From contig CAZYIA010000001.1 of assembly GCA_964646765.1 (NCBI GenBank), positions 151,339 through 215,338 on the forward strand: a DNA stretch of 64,000 bases. Direction: 5' to 3'. The position numbers and the translations under genes are program-made. This document shows, one piece after another, positions 28,527 to 37,300 of this stretch; position 1 is the stretch's first letter, and the number at the start of each line of letters is the position of its first letter. The notes under the pieces are model-generated. The model was not told the origin of the DNA and did not search any database. It was given only the letters and a program-made list of their open reading frames with translations. This DNA comes from an uncultured Candidatus Saccharibacteria bacterium. GTDB lineage: Bacteria > Patescibacteriota > Minisyncoccia > Phycocordibacterales > UBA9973.

Positions 28527-29945
28527 TTAAAATGCGCCGCCGAAGGGATCGCTAGCGGCTGTAGCAGAAGGACTAAACCCTTCAGCTGAATTCTTATCAA
28601 GATCCATAAAGGTGGTACGTTTCTGATCAAAGTAGAGTTCAACATCGCCAACAGGGCCGTTACGATGCTTTGCCACGATGATTTTAGTGATATTGGTGCG
28701 CTCCTCTTTTTCCTTGAAGCGATCTTCACTGTGAATAAACATCACCACATCGGCATCTTGTTCAATAGAACCGGAGTCACGGAGGTCAGAAAGACGAGGT
28801 TCACCACCGCGGCTTTCAACTGCACGAGAGAGCTGAGAAAGTGCAAGTACTGGCACGTTTAAGTCACGAGCCAAGCCTTTAAGCGAGCGAGAAATTTCGG
28901 TTACTTGGTTCACCATTGAATCATAATTTTTACTGGTACCCATGAGCTGGAGATAGTCGACAATGATAAGGCCAAGACCATGTTCAGCTTTTAAGCGGCG
29001 AGCAAAGGCGCGCATTTTTGAAATGGTGTTTGATGATTCATCTTCGATAAAGATCGGTGCTTTTGAGAGACGATCGAGGGCGTCACGCAAACTGGTAAAC
29101 TCATTGTCTTTTGAAAGTCGTCCTGTGCGGAGGTTCCAAGCGTTCACTCCTGCTTCAGCAGCAAGCATACGATCAACAAGTTGCTGGGCTCCCATTTCGA
29201 GCGAGAAAATACCAACCGGCACATTATTACGGGTAGCAGCTAAGCGAGCGATATCGAGAGCGAGTGTTGTCTTACCAACTGAAGGTCGTGCGGCAAGAAT
29301 GATAAGATCAGAATTTTGGAGTCCTGCTAAAAGATTATCGAGACTCTGGAATCCGGTTGGTACTCCGCGCATTTCGCCTGGCTTCTCATGGAGGGTTTCA
29401 ATGCGAGTCCATGCTTCGGAAAGAGTATCGCGAAGGGGAACAAAGCGCTGCGTTTTTCGGCCACTAGAAATTTCGAATACACGCTTCTCGGCTTTATCAA
29501 GGGTGTCTTCAATTTCATCACCAGTTTCCGTGAAGCCAAGTTCTGAAACGTACTCGCCAGCGTCAATCAAAGAACGAAGGGTTGCCTTGCGTACCACGAT
29601 ATCAGCATAGTAACGAGCATTGGTGGAGGCTGGAACATTTTCAACAAGTTCTGCAATATACGCAGAGCCTCCAACACGCTCAAGGGAACCTTGTTCGCGG
29701 AGACGGTTGGTAAGCGAGAGAAGGTCAATTGGTTCATGGCGAGCGGCCAGTTCCTGCATAGCCATAAAAATAATCCGGTGTTTATCAGCGTAAAAAGCTT
29801 CAGGGGTTAGAATGTCTTCAGTTTCATAGAGTGCCTGTGGTCGCAAAAGAATAGCACCGAGAAGAGCCTTTTCAGACTCTAAACTTTGCGGAGGAATACG
29901 ACCAGGATTATGTGCTTTGGCTGCCATGGAGCTAGATTCTACCAT
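28527..29945 (-). CDS. dnaB: Replicative DNA helicase DnaB
   Basis: N-terminal PPQSLESEKALLGAIL; Walker A GARPSVGKT; RecA-like C-domain. Confidence 0.95.
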   Translation of the reverse strand: MVESSSMAAKAHNPGRIPPQSLESEKALLGAILLRPQALYETEDILTPEAFYADKHRIIFMAMQELAARHEPIDLLSLTNRLREQGSLERVGGSAYIAELVENVPASTNARYYADIVVRKATLRSLIDAGEYVSELGFTETGDEIEDTLDKAEKRVFEISSGRKTQRFVPLRDTLSEAWTRIETLHEKPGEMRGVPTGFQSLDNLLAGLQNSDLIILAARPSVGKTTLALDIARLAATRNNVPVGIFSLEMGAQQLVDRMLAAEAGVNAWNLRTGRLSKDNEFTSLRDALDRLSKAPIFIEDESSNTISKMRAFARRLKAEHGLGLIIVDYLQLMGTSKNYDSMVNQVTEISRSLKGLARDLNVPVLALSQLSRAVESRGGEPRLSDLRDSGSIEQDADVVMFIHSEDRFKEKEERTNITKIIVAKHRNGPVGDVELYFDQKRTTFMDLDKNSAEGFSPSATAASDPFGGAF

Positions 29946-30065
29946 GCCTGTTACTGGCTCAAAGTCATGATGTTTCTAAGCCTGTGGGGAACATGGGGAT
30001 ATAGTTATCTCTCTTCTATGTATCACTTTGTAAGTACACCTTTGCGTGGTATCCTTGCTGTATCT

Positions 30066-31070
30066 ATGGAAAAAAGGGAGATTCGTGCGCTTACAGGAGA
30101 TCGTCCAACGGGAAAATTACATCTTGGTCACTACGTTGGCTCAATTAAAAGCAGACTAGCGCTCCAGGACACTGCCACCGCTTCTTTTTATATGGTGGCC
30201 GATGTTCAAGGACTTACTGATAATGCTGACAATCCTGAAAAAGTTCGTTCGAATGTATTGGAAGTAGCTCTCGATAATCTTGCCTGCGGCGTTGACCCAG
30301 CGAAGACAACTTTTTTCATTCAGTCAGAAGTTCCAGAAATTGCTGAGCTCACTATTTTTTTCATGAATCTGGTAACGGTGGCTGAAGTTGGCAGAAATCC
30401 AACCGTAAAAACAGAAATTGCTCAAAAACAATTTGGTGAAAGCGTGCCACTTGGTTTTTTCTGTTATCCAGTTTCGCAGGCAGCCGATATTTTGTTTACT
30501 CGAGCAAACACCGTGCCAGTTGGTGACGACCAGTTGCCAATGATTGAGTTAACTCGCGAAATTGCTCGAGCATTTAATCGAACTTACCAAACTGATCTTT
30601 TCCCGGAACCACAGGCAATGACTGGCATGCGATTAGTCGGCACAGACGGTACAGCAAAAATGTCGAAGTCGCTTGGCAATACGATCTATTTCGCTGACTC
30701 TAACGAAATGATTGAACAGAAAGTGAAAGAGATGTACACCGATCCGAATCACATTCATGTAGCGGATCCAGGCAAGGTGGAGGGCAACGTGGTATTTACC
30801 TATCTCGATGTTTTTGATCCCAAAAAAGACGAAGTGGCCGAACTCAAAGCTCAATATGAAAAAGGTGGCTTAGGTGACATGGTCATTAAAAAGCGTCTCA
30901 CTGAAGTGCTTCAAGATTTCATTTCACCAATTCGCGAGCGTCGTGAACATTTAGCGAAAGATCCAAAACAGGTGATGGACATTCTGCGTGCCGGCACCCA
31001 GCGAGCCCGCGAAGAAGGAAAAGTAACTCTCGATCTTGTTCGTCAAGCGATGAAAATTAACTATTTCTAA
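30066..31070 (+). CDS. trpS: Tryptophanyl-tRNA synthetase
   Basis: TGDRPTGKLHLGHYVG (HIGH-type) and KMSKSLGN. Start set at the internal ATG 30066 (MEKREIR..), giving 334 aa. Confidence 0.85.
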   Translation: MEKREIRALTGDRPTGKLHLGHYVGSIKSRLALQDTATASFYMVADVQGLTDNADNPEKVRSNVLEVALDNLACGVDPAKTTFFIQSEVPEIAELTIFFMNLVTVAEVGRNPTVKTEIAQKQFGESVPLGFFCYPVSQAADILFTRANTVPVGDDQLPMIELTREIARAFNRTYQTDLFPEPQAMTGMRLVGTDGTAKMSKSLGNTIYFADSNEMIEQKVKEMYTDPNHIHVADPGKVEGNVVFTYLDVFDPKKDEVAELKAQYEKGGLGDMVIKKRLTEVLQDFISPIRERREHLAKDPKQVMDILRAGTQRAREEGKVTLDLVRQAMKINYF

Positions 31071-31072
31071 GT

Positions 31073-31348
31073 ATGAAAAAGCAGTTACTCTCACGCAAGG
31101 AAACGCTTCGTAGTATTCAGGCGGCAAGCAAAAAACCAGAAGTACTTGAAGCACTGCTCGAGCATATGCTTACTCCTGGTGAGTATGATGAGCTAGTAGT
31201 TCGTACTGAAATCTTAAAACGGTTGCTAAAGGGTGAACAGCAAAGGGTAATTGCTAAAGACCTAGGTATCGGAATAGCTACGGTTACTCGCGGCAGCCGC
31301 GAAGTTCAGCGGATGACGCCAGAGATAAAAAAGATTATACTAAAGTAG
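31073..31348 (+). CDS. TrpR-family (Trp repressor / YerC-YecD-like) DNA-binding protein
   Basis: GIGIATVTRGSREVQ matches the TrpR recognition-helix region GAGIATITRGSNSL. Separated from the trpS stop (31068..31070) by 2 nt. Confidence 0.6.
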   Translation: MKKQLLSRKETLRSIQAASKKPEVLEALLEHMLTPGEYDELVVRTEILKRLLKGEQQRVIAKDLGIGIATVTRGSREVQRMTPEIKKIILK

Positions 31349-31349
31349 T

Positions 31350-31580
31350 ATGTTTTTCGCCTTTATCTTTCATCTCTTCAAGTTCCTGATAACGGTGCTC
31401 CTGGGTATTATTTACTTACCACTTAACCATTTTTTGCTTTGGATTGGTGGTGAGTACCAGTCTATAAAGAAAACTAATATTGTGCTGTACTGGTTGGTTC
31501 GCATCGCTATTTTCCCAATTTGGGGTGTAGCGGCTATATTTTCAGCTCCTTACGAAATGCTGCTTGATAGCATGCACTAA
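31350..31580 (+). CDS. Small membrane protein (76 aa)
   Basis: Hydrophobic ORF immediately after the trpR-like gene. Confidence 0.4.
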   Translation: MFFAFIFHLFKFLITVLLGIIYLPLNHFLLWIGGEYQSIKKTNIVLYWLVRIAIFPIWGVAAIFSAPYEMLLDSMH

Positions 31581-31589
31581 AGGCGCTAT

Positions 31590-31760
31590 AGTACCAAAAC
31601 CGACGATCCTGCTGACACCAGGGGAGGTATGAGAGTAATCTCCGGGAGCGCCCGTAATAGTGCAGAGAGTAGAAACGTAGGGTGGCACCGCGGTTGAAAA
31701 ATCGCCCCTGCAAATTAACAGTGTTAATTTGGAGAGGCGATTTTTTGCTTCTCGCATACA
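31590..31760 (+). promoter_or_regulatory. T-box riboswitch leader upstream of aspS
   Basis: Conserved T-box sequence AACGTAGGGTGGCACCGCGG. Followed by a long terminator hairpin (ATCGCCCCTGCAAATTAACAGTGTTAATTTGGAGAGGCGAT) plus a TTTTTT run. GAGAG k-turn-like and AGTGCAGAGAG elements lie upstream. Confidence 0.7.
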
Positions 31761-31761
31761 T

Positions 31762-33144
31762 ATGCGAACATATATAAAAGATTTAAGCGCGAAGATTGGA
31801 GAAGAAGTTTCTGTTTCTGGTTGGGTGGATGTGCGCCGCGACCAAGGCAAAATGGTGTTTCTTGATTTGCGCGACATGAGCGGCAAAGTGCAGTGCATTG
31901 TGCTTCCGATGCATGCCGAAGCTATTGAAGCAGCGAAAGAACTCCGTACTGAATGGGTAGTAAAGGTAAAAGCGAAAGTAAATCAGCGCCCAGAAAAAAA
32001 CCGAAAGGCTGATGTTTTGAACGGCGACATTGAACTTGAGATTTTAGGTATTGAAGTCTTAAACAAAGCGGAAACTCTCCCGTTTGATGTTTCAGGCAAC
32101 ACGCGCGAGATCAATGAAGATCTTCGCATGAAGTATAAGTACCTTGATCTTCGCAGTGAACGCATGCAAAAAAATATCCGCATGCGCGATAAAATTGTTT
32201 CCTTCTTCCGCGACTACATGCATAAAAATGATTTCGTTGAAATCGAAACGCCGATCATGATGAAGGGAACTCCAGAAGGCAGTCGCGAGTATATTGTGCC
32301 TTCACGCTTGGAGCCAGGAAAGTTTTATGTGCTTCCGCAGTCACCACAGCAATTCAAGCAGCTCTCGATGGTCGCCGGTTTTGAAAAATATTTCCAAATC
32401 GCTCGCTGTATGCGCGACGAAGACACTCGCGGTGATCGTCAGCCAGAATTCACCCAGCTCGACTACGAACTTTCATTTGTTGAGCAGGAGGACGTTATTT
32501 CGTATACCGAAGCGATGTATATCGAAATGGTAAAAACGGTGTACCCAGAAAAGCGTATTCAGCAAATTCCATTTCCACGTTTAACCTATGCTGAATCAAT
32601 GGAAAAGTATGGCAACGATAAACCTGATCTTCGCGAAGATAAAAATGATCCAAACCTCTTGGCATTTTGCTGGGTGGTAGATTTCCCAATGTTTGAAAAA
32701 GATGATGAGGGTGGCGTACAGGCTGTGCATCATCCATTTACCTCACCAAAAGCAGAAGATGCACATCTTCTTGATACCGAGCCATTAAAAGCTCGTGCTA
32801 ATGCCTACGATATCGTGCTCAACGGTTACGAACTCGGTGGAGGATCAATCCGAATTCACAAGCGTGAACTTCAGAATAAAATTTTTGAGCTTCTCGGTCT
32901 TTCAGCTGAAACTATTCAGGCTCGCTTCGGTCATATGCTCACCGCTTTCGAATATGGTGCTCCACCACACGGTGGTTGTGCCCAGGGTATCGATCGTATC
33001 GTCATGCTTCTTCAAAATGAACCAAACATTCGTGAAGTTATTGCTTTCCCAAAGACTGGAGAAGGGAAGGATCTCATGATGGGCGCTCCATCCGAAGTTG
33101 CCGACAAACAGCTCCGAGAACTCAAAATCAAAATCGCGCTCTAG
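31762..33144 (+). CDS. aspS: Aspartyl-tRNA synthetase, short (461 aa) form lacking the bacterial GAD insertion
   Basis: Class II motifs [26 protein letters not shown] and GGGSIRIHK. Start set at ATG 31762, downstream of the T-box terminator. Confidence 0.88.
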   Translation: MRTYIKDLSAKIGEEVSVSGWVDVRRDQGKMVFLDLRDMSGKVQCIVLPMHAEAIEAAKELRTEWVVKVKAKVNQRPEKNRKADVLNGDIELEILGIEVLNKAETLPFDVSGNTREINEDLRMKYKYLDLRSERMQKNIRMRDKIVSFFRDYMHKNDFVEIETPIMMKGTPEGSREYIVPSRLEPGKFYVLPQSPQQFKQLSMVAGFEKYFQIARCMRDEDTRGDRQPEFTQLDYELSFVEQEDVISYTEAMYIEMVKTVYPEKRIQQIPFPRLTYAESMEKYGNDKPDLREDKNDPNLLAFCWVVDFPMFEKDDEGGVQAVHHPFTSPKAEDAHLLDTEPLKARANAYDIVLNGYELGGGSIRIHKRELQNKIFELLGLSAETIQARFGHMLTAFEYGAPPHGGCAQGIDRIVMLLQNEPNIREVIAFPKTGEGKDLMMGAPSEVADKQLRELKIKIAL

Positions 33145-33152
33145 AAAATAAA

Positions 33153-33197
33153 ATGCCCTGTCTAAATTGCTACATCTAGACAGGGCATTTTAATTTT
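33153..33197. terminator. Bidirectional intrinsic terminator
   Basis: ATGCCCTGTCTA..TAGACAGGGCAT, a 12-bp stem, plus TTTAATTTT. Confidence 0.55.
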
Positions 33198-33831
33198 AGT
33201 GGTGACGTAAGCTATCTAACGTGTTGTAGATTGGATATCCATGCTCTTGAAACCATGCTAAATGGTTGTAGCCAAGGATAACTGCTACTCTTCTTCCGTA
33301 TGTACGGGCTACCGCACATGCATTGCGTTCTATGGCAGCACTGCGAGCATCAAGCATGTCTTTTGACCAAGCAGTGGTTGGGTCTGCTTGAACTACTCGA
33401 TACACAGAATCATACAAAGCTTTATTTTCAGCGCCAAAAATTATTTTTTGCTGCTCCAAAATAAAAAGGGTTTGTACTTCATAATCTGCCGAGCTTCGTT
33501 TTATGTACTCCATATTTTCCGGAGTAATTTTTAAATTCTCTGCGGCAGCCATTTCTATGTAGTGGTTTAGAGTAATTTGCGAATCAAGCGCAAATCCTTC
33601 TACAAGAATAATGTCTTCTGTTACAGCCGAGTGCAGTATGTGTTGTACAGCTGTAACTGTATCCATAATTGTGGCCAGGATTGCAGGAGGAACAATATCA
33701 GCCGGTACCATATGTACATTGCCATATACGATAACCGAATCTTTGGTGAAGGCAGATGTCGTTTTTGTTGTATTCTGCGAACGAGTGCAGGAGTACGCAA
33801 GTAGAAAAAAGAGTGGAATAAATAATTTCAT
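33196..33831 (-). CDS. Putative lipoprotein (211 aa)
   Basis: N-terminal signal with a lipobox-like LAYSC; no family recognised. Confidence 0.55.
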   Translation of the reverse strand: MKLFIPLFFLLAYSCTRSQNTTKTTSAFTKDSVIVYGNVHMVPADIVPPAILATIMDTVTAVQHILHSAVTEDIILVEGFALDSQITLNHYIEMAAAENLKITPENMEYIKRSSADYEVQTLFILEQQKIIFGAENKALYDSVYRVVQADPTTAWSKDMLDARSAAIERNACAVARTYGRRVAVILGYNHLAWFQEHGYPIYNTLDSLRHH

Positions 33832-33992
33832 TGTTCGTTTTTTTGGTGTGAAAGTAAATGAGTTCAGATAAACTCATAATGGTTATGACCTTATCTGAAC
33901 TCACATTTTATTGCAAAATAACATACAATTTTATTTTGTCAAAGTAAAGCCGCAGAAGAAATTCCGCGGCTTAGTTTTTTGTATGTAACTAT

Positions 33993-34166
33993 TTATCTCC
34001 GAACATGGAAAAGAATAGTTCCGTAAATCATAAGTGCGGCTAGGCCAAGTAAATTAGCGGTACCGTCACTCATGAAATGGAATCCAATTTGGCAGCCGAT
34101 TCCACTGAGAATCAGAACAAATGCACTGAGTGCAATTTTCTGCCGTTGTGTTAAATGTTTCAGCAT
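33993..34166 (-). CDS. Small membrane protein (57 aa), not in the ORF track
   Basis: Manual translation MLKHLTQRQKIALSAFVLILSGIGCQIGFHFMSDGTANLLGLAALMIYGTILFHVRR. Confidence 0.3.
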   Translation of the reverse strand: MLKHLTQRQKIALSAFVLILSGIGCQIGFHFMSDGTANLLGLAALMIYGTILFHVRR

Positions 34167-34172
34167 CTATTG

Positions 34173-34856
34173 TTATTGAAATTCAGGATTGGGTACTAAT
34201 TTCACCGCAGAAGCAAAAGGCGCTAGAGCACCGTGGATTGCCTCATTCATACCATACAGCACTTCTTCAAACAGCACAGAGTTTTCGGAAACAATTTGTT
34301 CCACCGATTCACGCATCCATTGAGAATGTTCATCACCATCAACCTTAATATGCTCGTCAATATAGCGCATATCAGCCATAGGGAAGTGGCAAATAATTGC
34401 CGGCCGCACTACCTGAAGTATTGTGGGAAATAGTGTTTCGGTGGCAAGCATAAAACCTGACCGGGTTGGTTCGGTGGCTTTTTTTAGCATTTTATTTTCC
34501 TTTTGTGCACGAGTCAGCGCATTTTTGTACACTGAGTCGCTCATATCAATTGGAAGCATAATACTAGCGGCAAATTTTTCCATTAATTCTAAGTGAGGAA
34601 TGTTACCGGATATGCCGGTCTCACAATTATAGTTGTCTTCCAGCGCCTGTTTAAAGCGTGCGTTACGCGCTTCGTTTTTCATATAACCTAAAGCGGAAAC
34701 CCACCATAATCCATCAGCGTAAAAGCATTTTAGGATTGCGATAAGAGCCTCTTTAGGAAGCGTACCGCTATCAATTAAAAGAGCGATTAAGTGGTTACGA
34801 AGATTTTCGTCTGCGGACTTTAAGGTGTCCAAAACCTTTTTCATTTCTGGTTTCAT
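34173..34856 (-). CDS. Haem-oxygenase-like fold protein (TenA/PqqC/CADD-like), putative
   Basis: All-helical 227-aa protein with His/Glu-rich segments (HIKVDGDEHSQWMRE). Weak family-level resemblance only. Confidence 0.4.
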   Translation of the reverse strand: MKPEMKKVLDTLKSADENLRNHLIALLIDSGTLPKEALIAILKCFYADGLWWVSALGYMKNEARNARFKQALEDNYNCETGISGNIPHLELMEKFAASIMLPIDMSDSVYKNALTRAQKENKMLKKATEPTRSGFMLATETLFPTILQVVRPAIICHFPMADMRYIDEHIKVDGDEHSQWMRESVEQIVSENSVLFEEVLYGMNEAIHGALAPFASAVKLVPNPEFQ

Positions 34857-35050
34857 AAAATTGTTTTTTTGGTAAAGAATTAATTAAAAATACCGGCTTG
34901 TGGGCCGGTATCTGCGCTCTAGGTAGAGAAAGTAGAAGTAACTACAGCGAAGCAACTGGCCCATAAGTCTTTAGAGCTCGCCACCAGGTGTCGCTATTTC
35001 GCTGTAATTCCATAATAGTCATGTACTAGTACACTAGTTTATTGGTGAAT
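34857..35050 (-). promoter_or_regulatory. Structured 5' leader of about 190 nt with a terminator-like hairpin just upstream of the start codon (candidate riboswitch/attenuator)
   Basis: Minus-strand RNA: nested helices (ACAGCGAA/UUCGCUGU; GCUCUA/UAGAGC), then AUACCGGCCCACAAGCCGGUAU followed by UUUUUAAUUAAUU, ending about 35 nt before the AUG. Confidence 0.3.
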
Positions 35051-35067
35051 AAAAGTCAAGCAAAAAT

Positions 35068-35094
35068 AAAAGGCTTATGTGTATAAGCCTTTTA
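35068..35094 (-). terminator. Intrinsic terminator for the 195-aa gene
   Basis: Minus-strand reading AAAAGGCTTAT-ACAC-ATAAGCCTTTT then ATTTTTG. Confidence 0.5.
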
Positions 35095-35110
35095 CTGATA
35101 ACTATTGTCA

Positions 35111-35698
35111 CTATACATCCCACGTACCACGAACTATTCTTAAATAGTTCTGAGCTTTAGTGTAAGGGTAAAAGAACGCGCCAGTACCAATGCGGCATAC
35201 CGATGGCGAACCAACAAGAGCCCATTTAACTAAGCCACGGTAGTTTCCTGACTCAAAAAATCGCTTATAGACAACTTGCAGAAGTCGGTTATCTAAGCGT
35301 ACGTAACGCAGATGCATGTCGCTTGTGGTTTGTTTGGCATCTTCATCGGTTACAAATTCCCATTGCTTAGTATTTTTGTCAGACAGTATGTCGTGCACCA
35401 GCGCACCCACAAACAGTGATGGATTTTCATACACCGCGAGTGAGGCGACTTGTCCAAGAACATGCCCATCATTCATACCGTACACTAACTTTTCTGTGCG
35501 TACGTCAGTAAATGGTTCATTAATAACAATAGATTCGGGCAGAAATGGTAAAACCTTTTTTTCGAAAAAGGAGCGGGAGTTTGCCGAATTTCCCGTATAT
35601 GCACCTCCTCGTAAGAGGTTATATACTTCCATAACTTTGTCATTTTTCCAGTCTACTGGAGGGATGACGATCCCATTTTTTGCTTCTAGCTCTTTCAT
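35111..35698 (-). CDS. Hypothetical protein (195 aa)
   Basis: ORF with its own terminator; no family recognised. Confidence 0.55.
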   Translation of the reverse strand: MKELEAKNGIVIPPVDWKNDKVMEVYNLLRGGAYTGNSANSRSFFEKKVLPFLPESIVINEPFTDVRTEKLVYGMNDGHVLGQVASLAVYENPSLFVGALVHDILSDKNTKQWEFVTDEDAKQTTSDMHLRYVRLDNRLLQVVYKRFFESGNYRGLVKWALVGSPSVCRIGTGAFFYPYTKAQNYLRIVRGTWDV

Positions 35699-35946
35699 AG
35701 AAATTTGTTTTAAATTGTTAAAGAATAAAAATAGCGACCTTTGAGGTCGCTTTGGAAAGTTTGTTTGTAGAAGTGGGGGAAGAAAATTACAAACACTCTA
35801 AGGCAACCTCAACTGCTTGGGTTGCGCGACGACGATTCTGTGTGTTTGTAATAATTTTTGCGGACATATCTTTTATATACGGCACATTACCTATCACTGC
35901 AAGTCAAGTTATCCACAGAAGCCCAAAAAGGTTAAAATAGCCCCCA

Positions 35947-36708
35947 GTGGAGACTAGCGTGACAGGGGAAAAGTATGTCGTTAAAGCAGGTTCTTTTGAA
36001 GGACCGCTTGAAGTGTTGCTCGGACTGATTGAGTCCCGCAAACTTTTTATTAACGAAATTTCGCTGGCAAGCGTAACCAATGACTATTTAGCCTATGTTC
36101 GCTCACTTGGTGGTCAGAATTTGCCAGATGCCACTGATTTCGTAGTTGTTGCGGCAACTCTCGTACTTATTAAATCACGATCGCTACTGCCAAATCTTGA
36201 ACTCACTACTGAAGAAGAGGAAAAAATTATCGACCTTGAAGCGCGACTTAAAATGTATGCGCTCATTCGAGAAGTGGGTGAAGATATTAAAGCTCGGTTT
36301 GGAAAAACACCAATCTTTTTTGCACCGGAGCGTACAGATTCAATCGTCATTTTTTCACCCGGCGACAACATTTCTGTAAGTAATCTCATACAAGCGCTCA
36401 ACGAAACACTCACTCGCATTCCAACCCAAACTGCGCCGTTGCCCGAAATTACGGTTCGTGCCGTCGTTTCAATTGATGAAATGATGGAAAGCCTTACTGA
36501 ACGAATTGAAACAGCACTCTCACTTTCATTCCATGATATTGCCCGACATCCAAATCCAGCTGATGCAAAAGACGAAAAGGTGTATGCTATTGTTTCGTTT
36601 CTTGCGATGCTTGAACTTGTCCGTGAAGGCATTATTGATGTATTACAAGCAGATTCGTTTGGTGATATGACTATTGCTCGCCAGGCGAAACAAGTAGATT
36701 CACTTTAA
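35947..36708 (+). CDS. scpA: Segregation and condensation protein A (kleisin)
   Basis: FEGPLEVLLGLIESRKLFINEISLASVTNDYLAYV. Confidence 0.85.
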   Translation: METSVTGEKYVVKAGSFEGPLEVLLGLIESRKLFINEISLASVTNDYLAYVRSLGGQNLPDATDFVVVAATLVLIKSRSLLPNLELTTEEEEKIIDLEARLKMYALIREVGEDIKARFGKTPIFFAPERTDSIVIFSPGDNISVSNLIQALNETLTRIPTQTAPLPEITVRAVVSIDEMMESLTERIETALSLSFHDIARHPNPADAKDEKVYAIVSFLAMLELVREGIIDVLQADSFGDMTIARQAKQVDSL

Positions 36709-36712
36709 ACGT

Positions 36713-37300
36713 ATGACACTCGTCAGCCAACTCGAAGCCTTACTCTTTATTTCAGGAGAACCGATGCCGTTTTCACGACTCGGCGCACTTCTAAAAGTTT
36801 CTCCAGGAGAATTGGAGGAAGCTATAACGTTACTCACAAAAAGTCTCGAGGGTCGTGGTATTACTGTTCTGCGAACTCATGACACTATTACGCTCGGCAC
36901 AAGCCCAGAAGCGGCAGAACTCATTTCTAAATTAAAAAAGGAAGAACTCGAACGTGAACTTTCAAAAGCATCACTCGAAACACTCTCGATTATTTTATAT
37001 AAAAATGGGGCAACCCGAAGTGACATTGATTACATCCGTGGCGTGAACTCAAGCTTTATTCTCCGTAACTTAGCTATCCGTGGTTTGGTTGAACGTATGG
37101 AAAATCCTACTGACAAGCGCACCTTTCTCTATAAACCAACTGCTGATTTGCTTGCCCACTTAGGTCTTTCAAGTATTGAAGCATTGCCAAACTTTGCTGA
37201 AAATCATGCCCGTCTAGGTAAAGAAGTGGCAAAGAGTATTGAAGAGAATGTTGTAGCTGAAGAGGCTCCTGTCCTAGAAGAAGAAACTCATGAAGAATAA
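36713..37300 (+). CDS. scpB: Segregation and condensation protein B
   Basis: ALLFISGEPMPFSRLGALL.. ScpB wHTH. Confidence 0.85.
   Translation: MTLVSQLEALLFISGEPMPFSRLGALLKVSPGELEEAITLLTKSLEGRGITVLRTHDTITLGTSPEAAELISKLKKEELERELSKASLETLSIILYKNGATRSDIDYIRGVNSSFILRNLAIRGLVERMENPTDKRTFLYKPTADLLAHLGLSSIEALPNFAENHARLGKEVAKSIEENVVAEEAPVLEEETHEE

Noticed and set aside
28963-29610. 215-aa plus-strand ORF
   Set aside because: Antisense to dnaB; the Arg/Ser-rich translation is typical of a reverse-frame artefact.
29886-30065. 60-aa N-terminal extension of trpS in the ORF track
   Set aside because: The extension overlaps the dnaB start and promoter region and is Cys/Trp-rich and non-conserved. The TrpRS homology begins at the internal Met (30066).
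33850-33980. Two plus-strand hairpin plus T-run structures suggesting an unannotated plus-strand transcript
   Set aside because: All neighbouring genes are on the minus strand. The region is AT-rich, so T-runs arise by chance, and the hairpins serve equally as a minus-strand terminator (33947..33980) and promoter spacer.
1185-35917. Replication origin inferred from DnaA boxes
   Set aside because: The three boxes are 13 to 22 kb apart, not clustered, and dnaA/dnaN are absent. Not an oriC.
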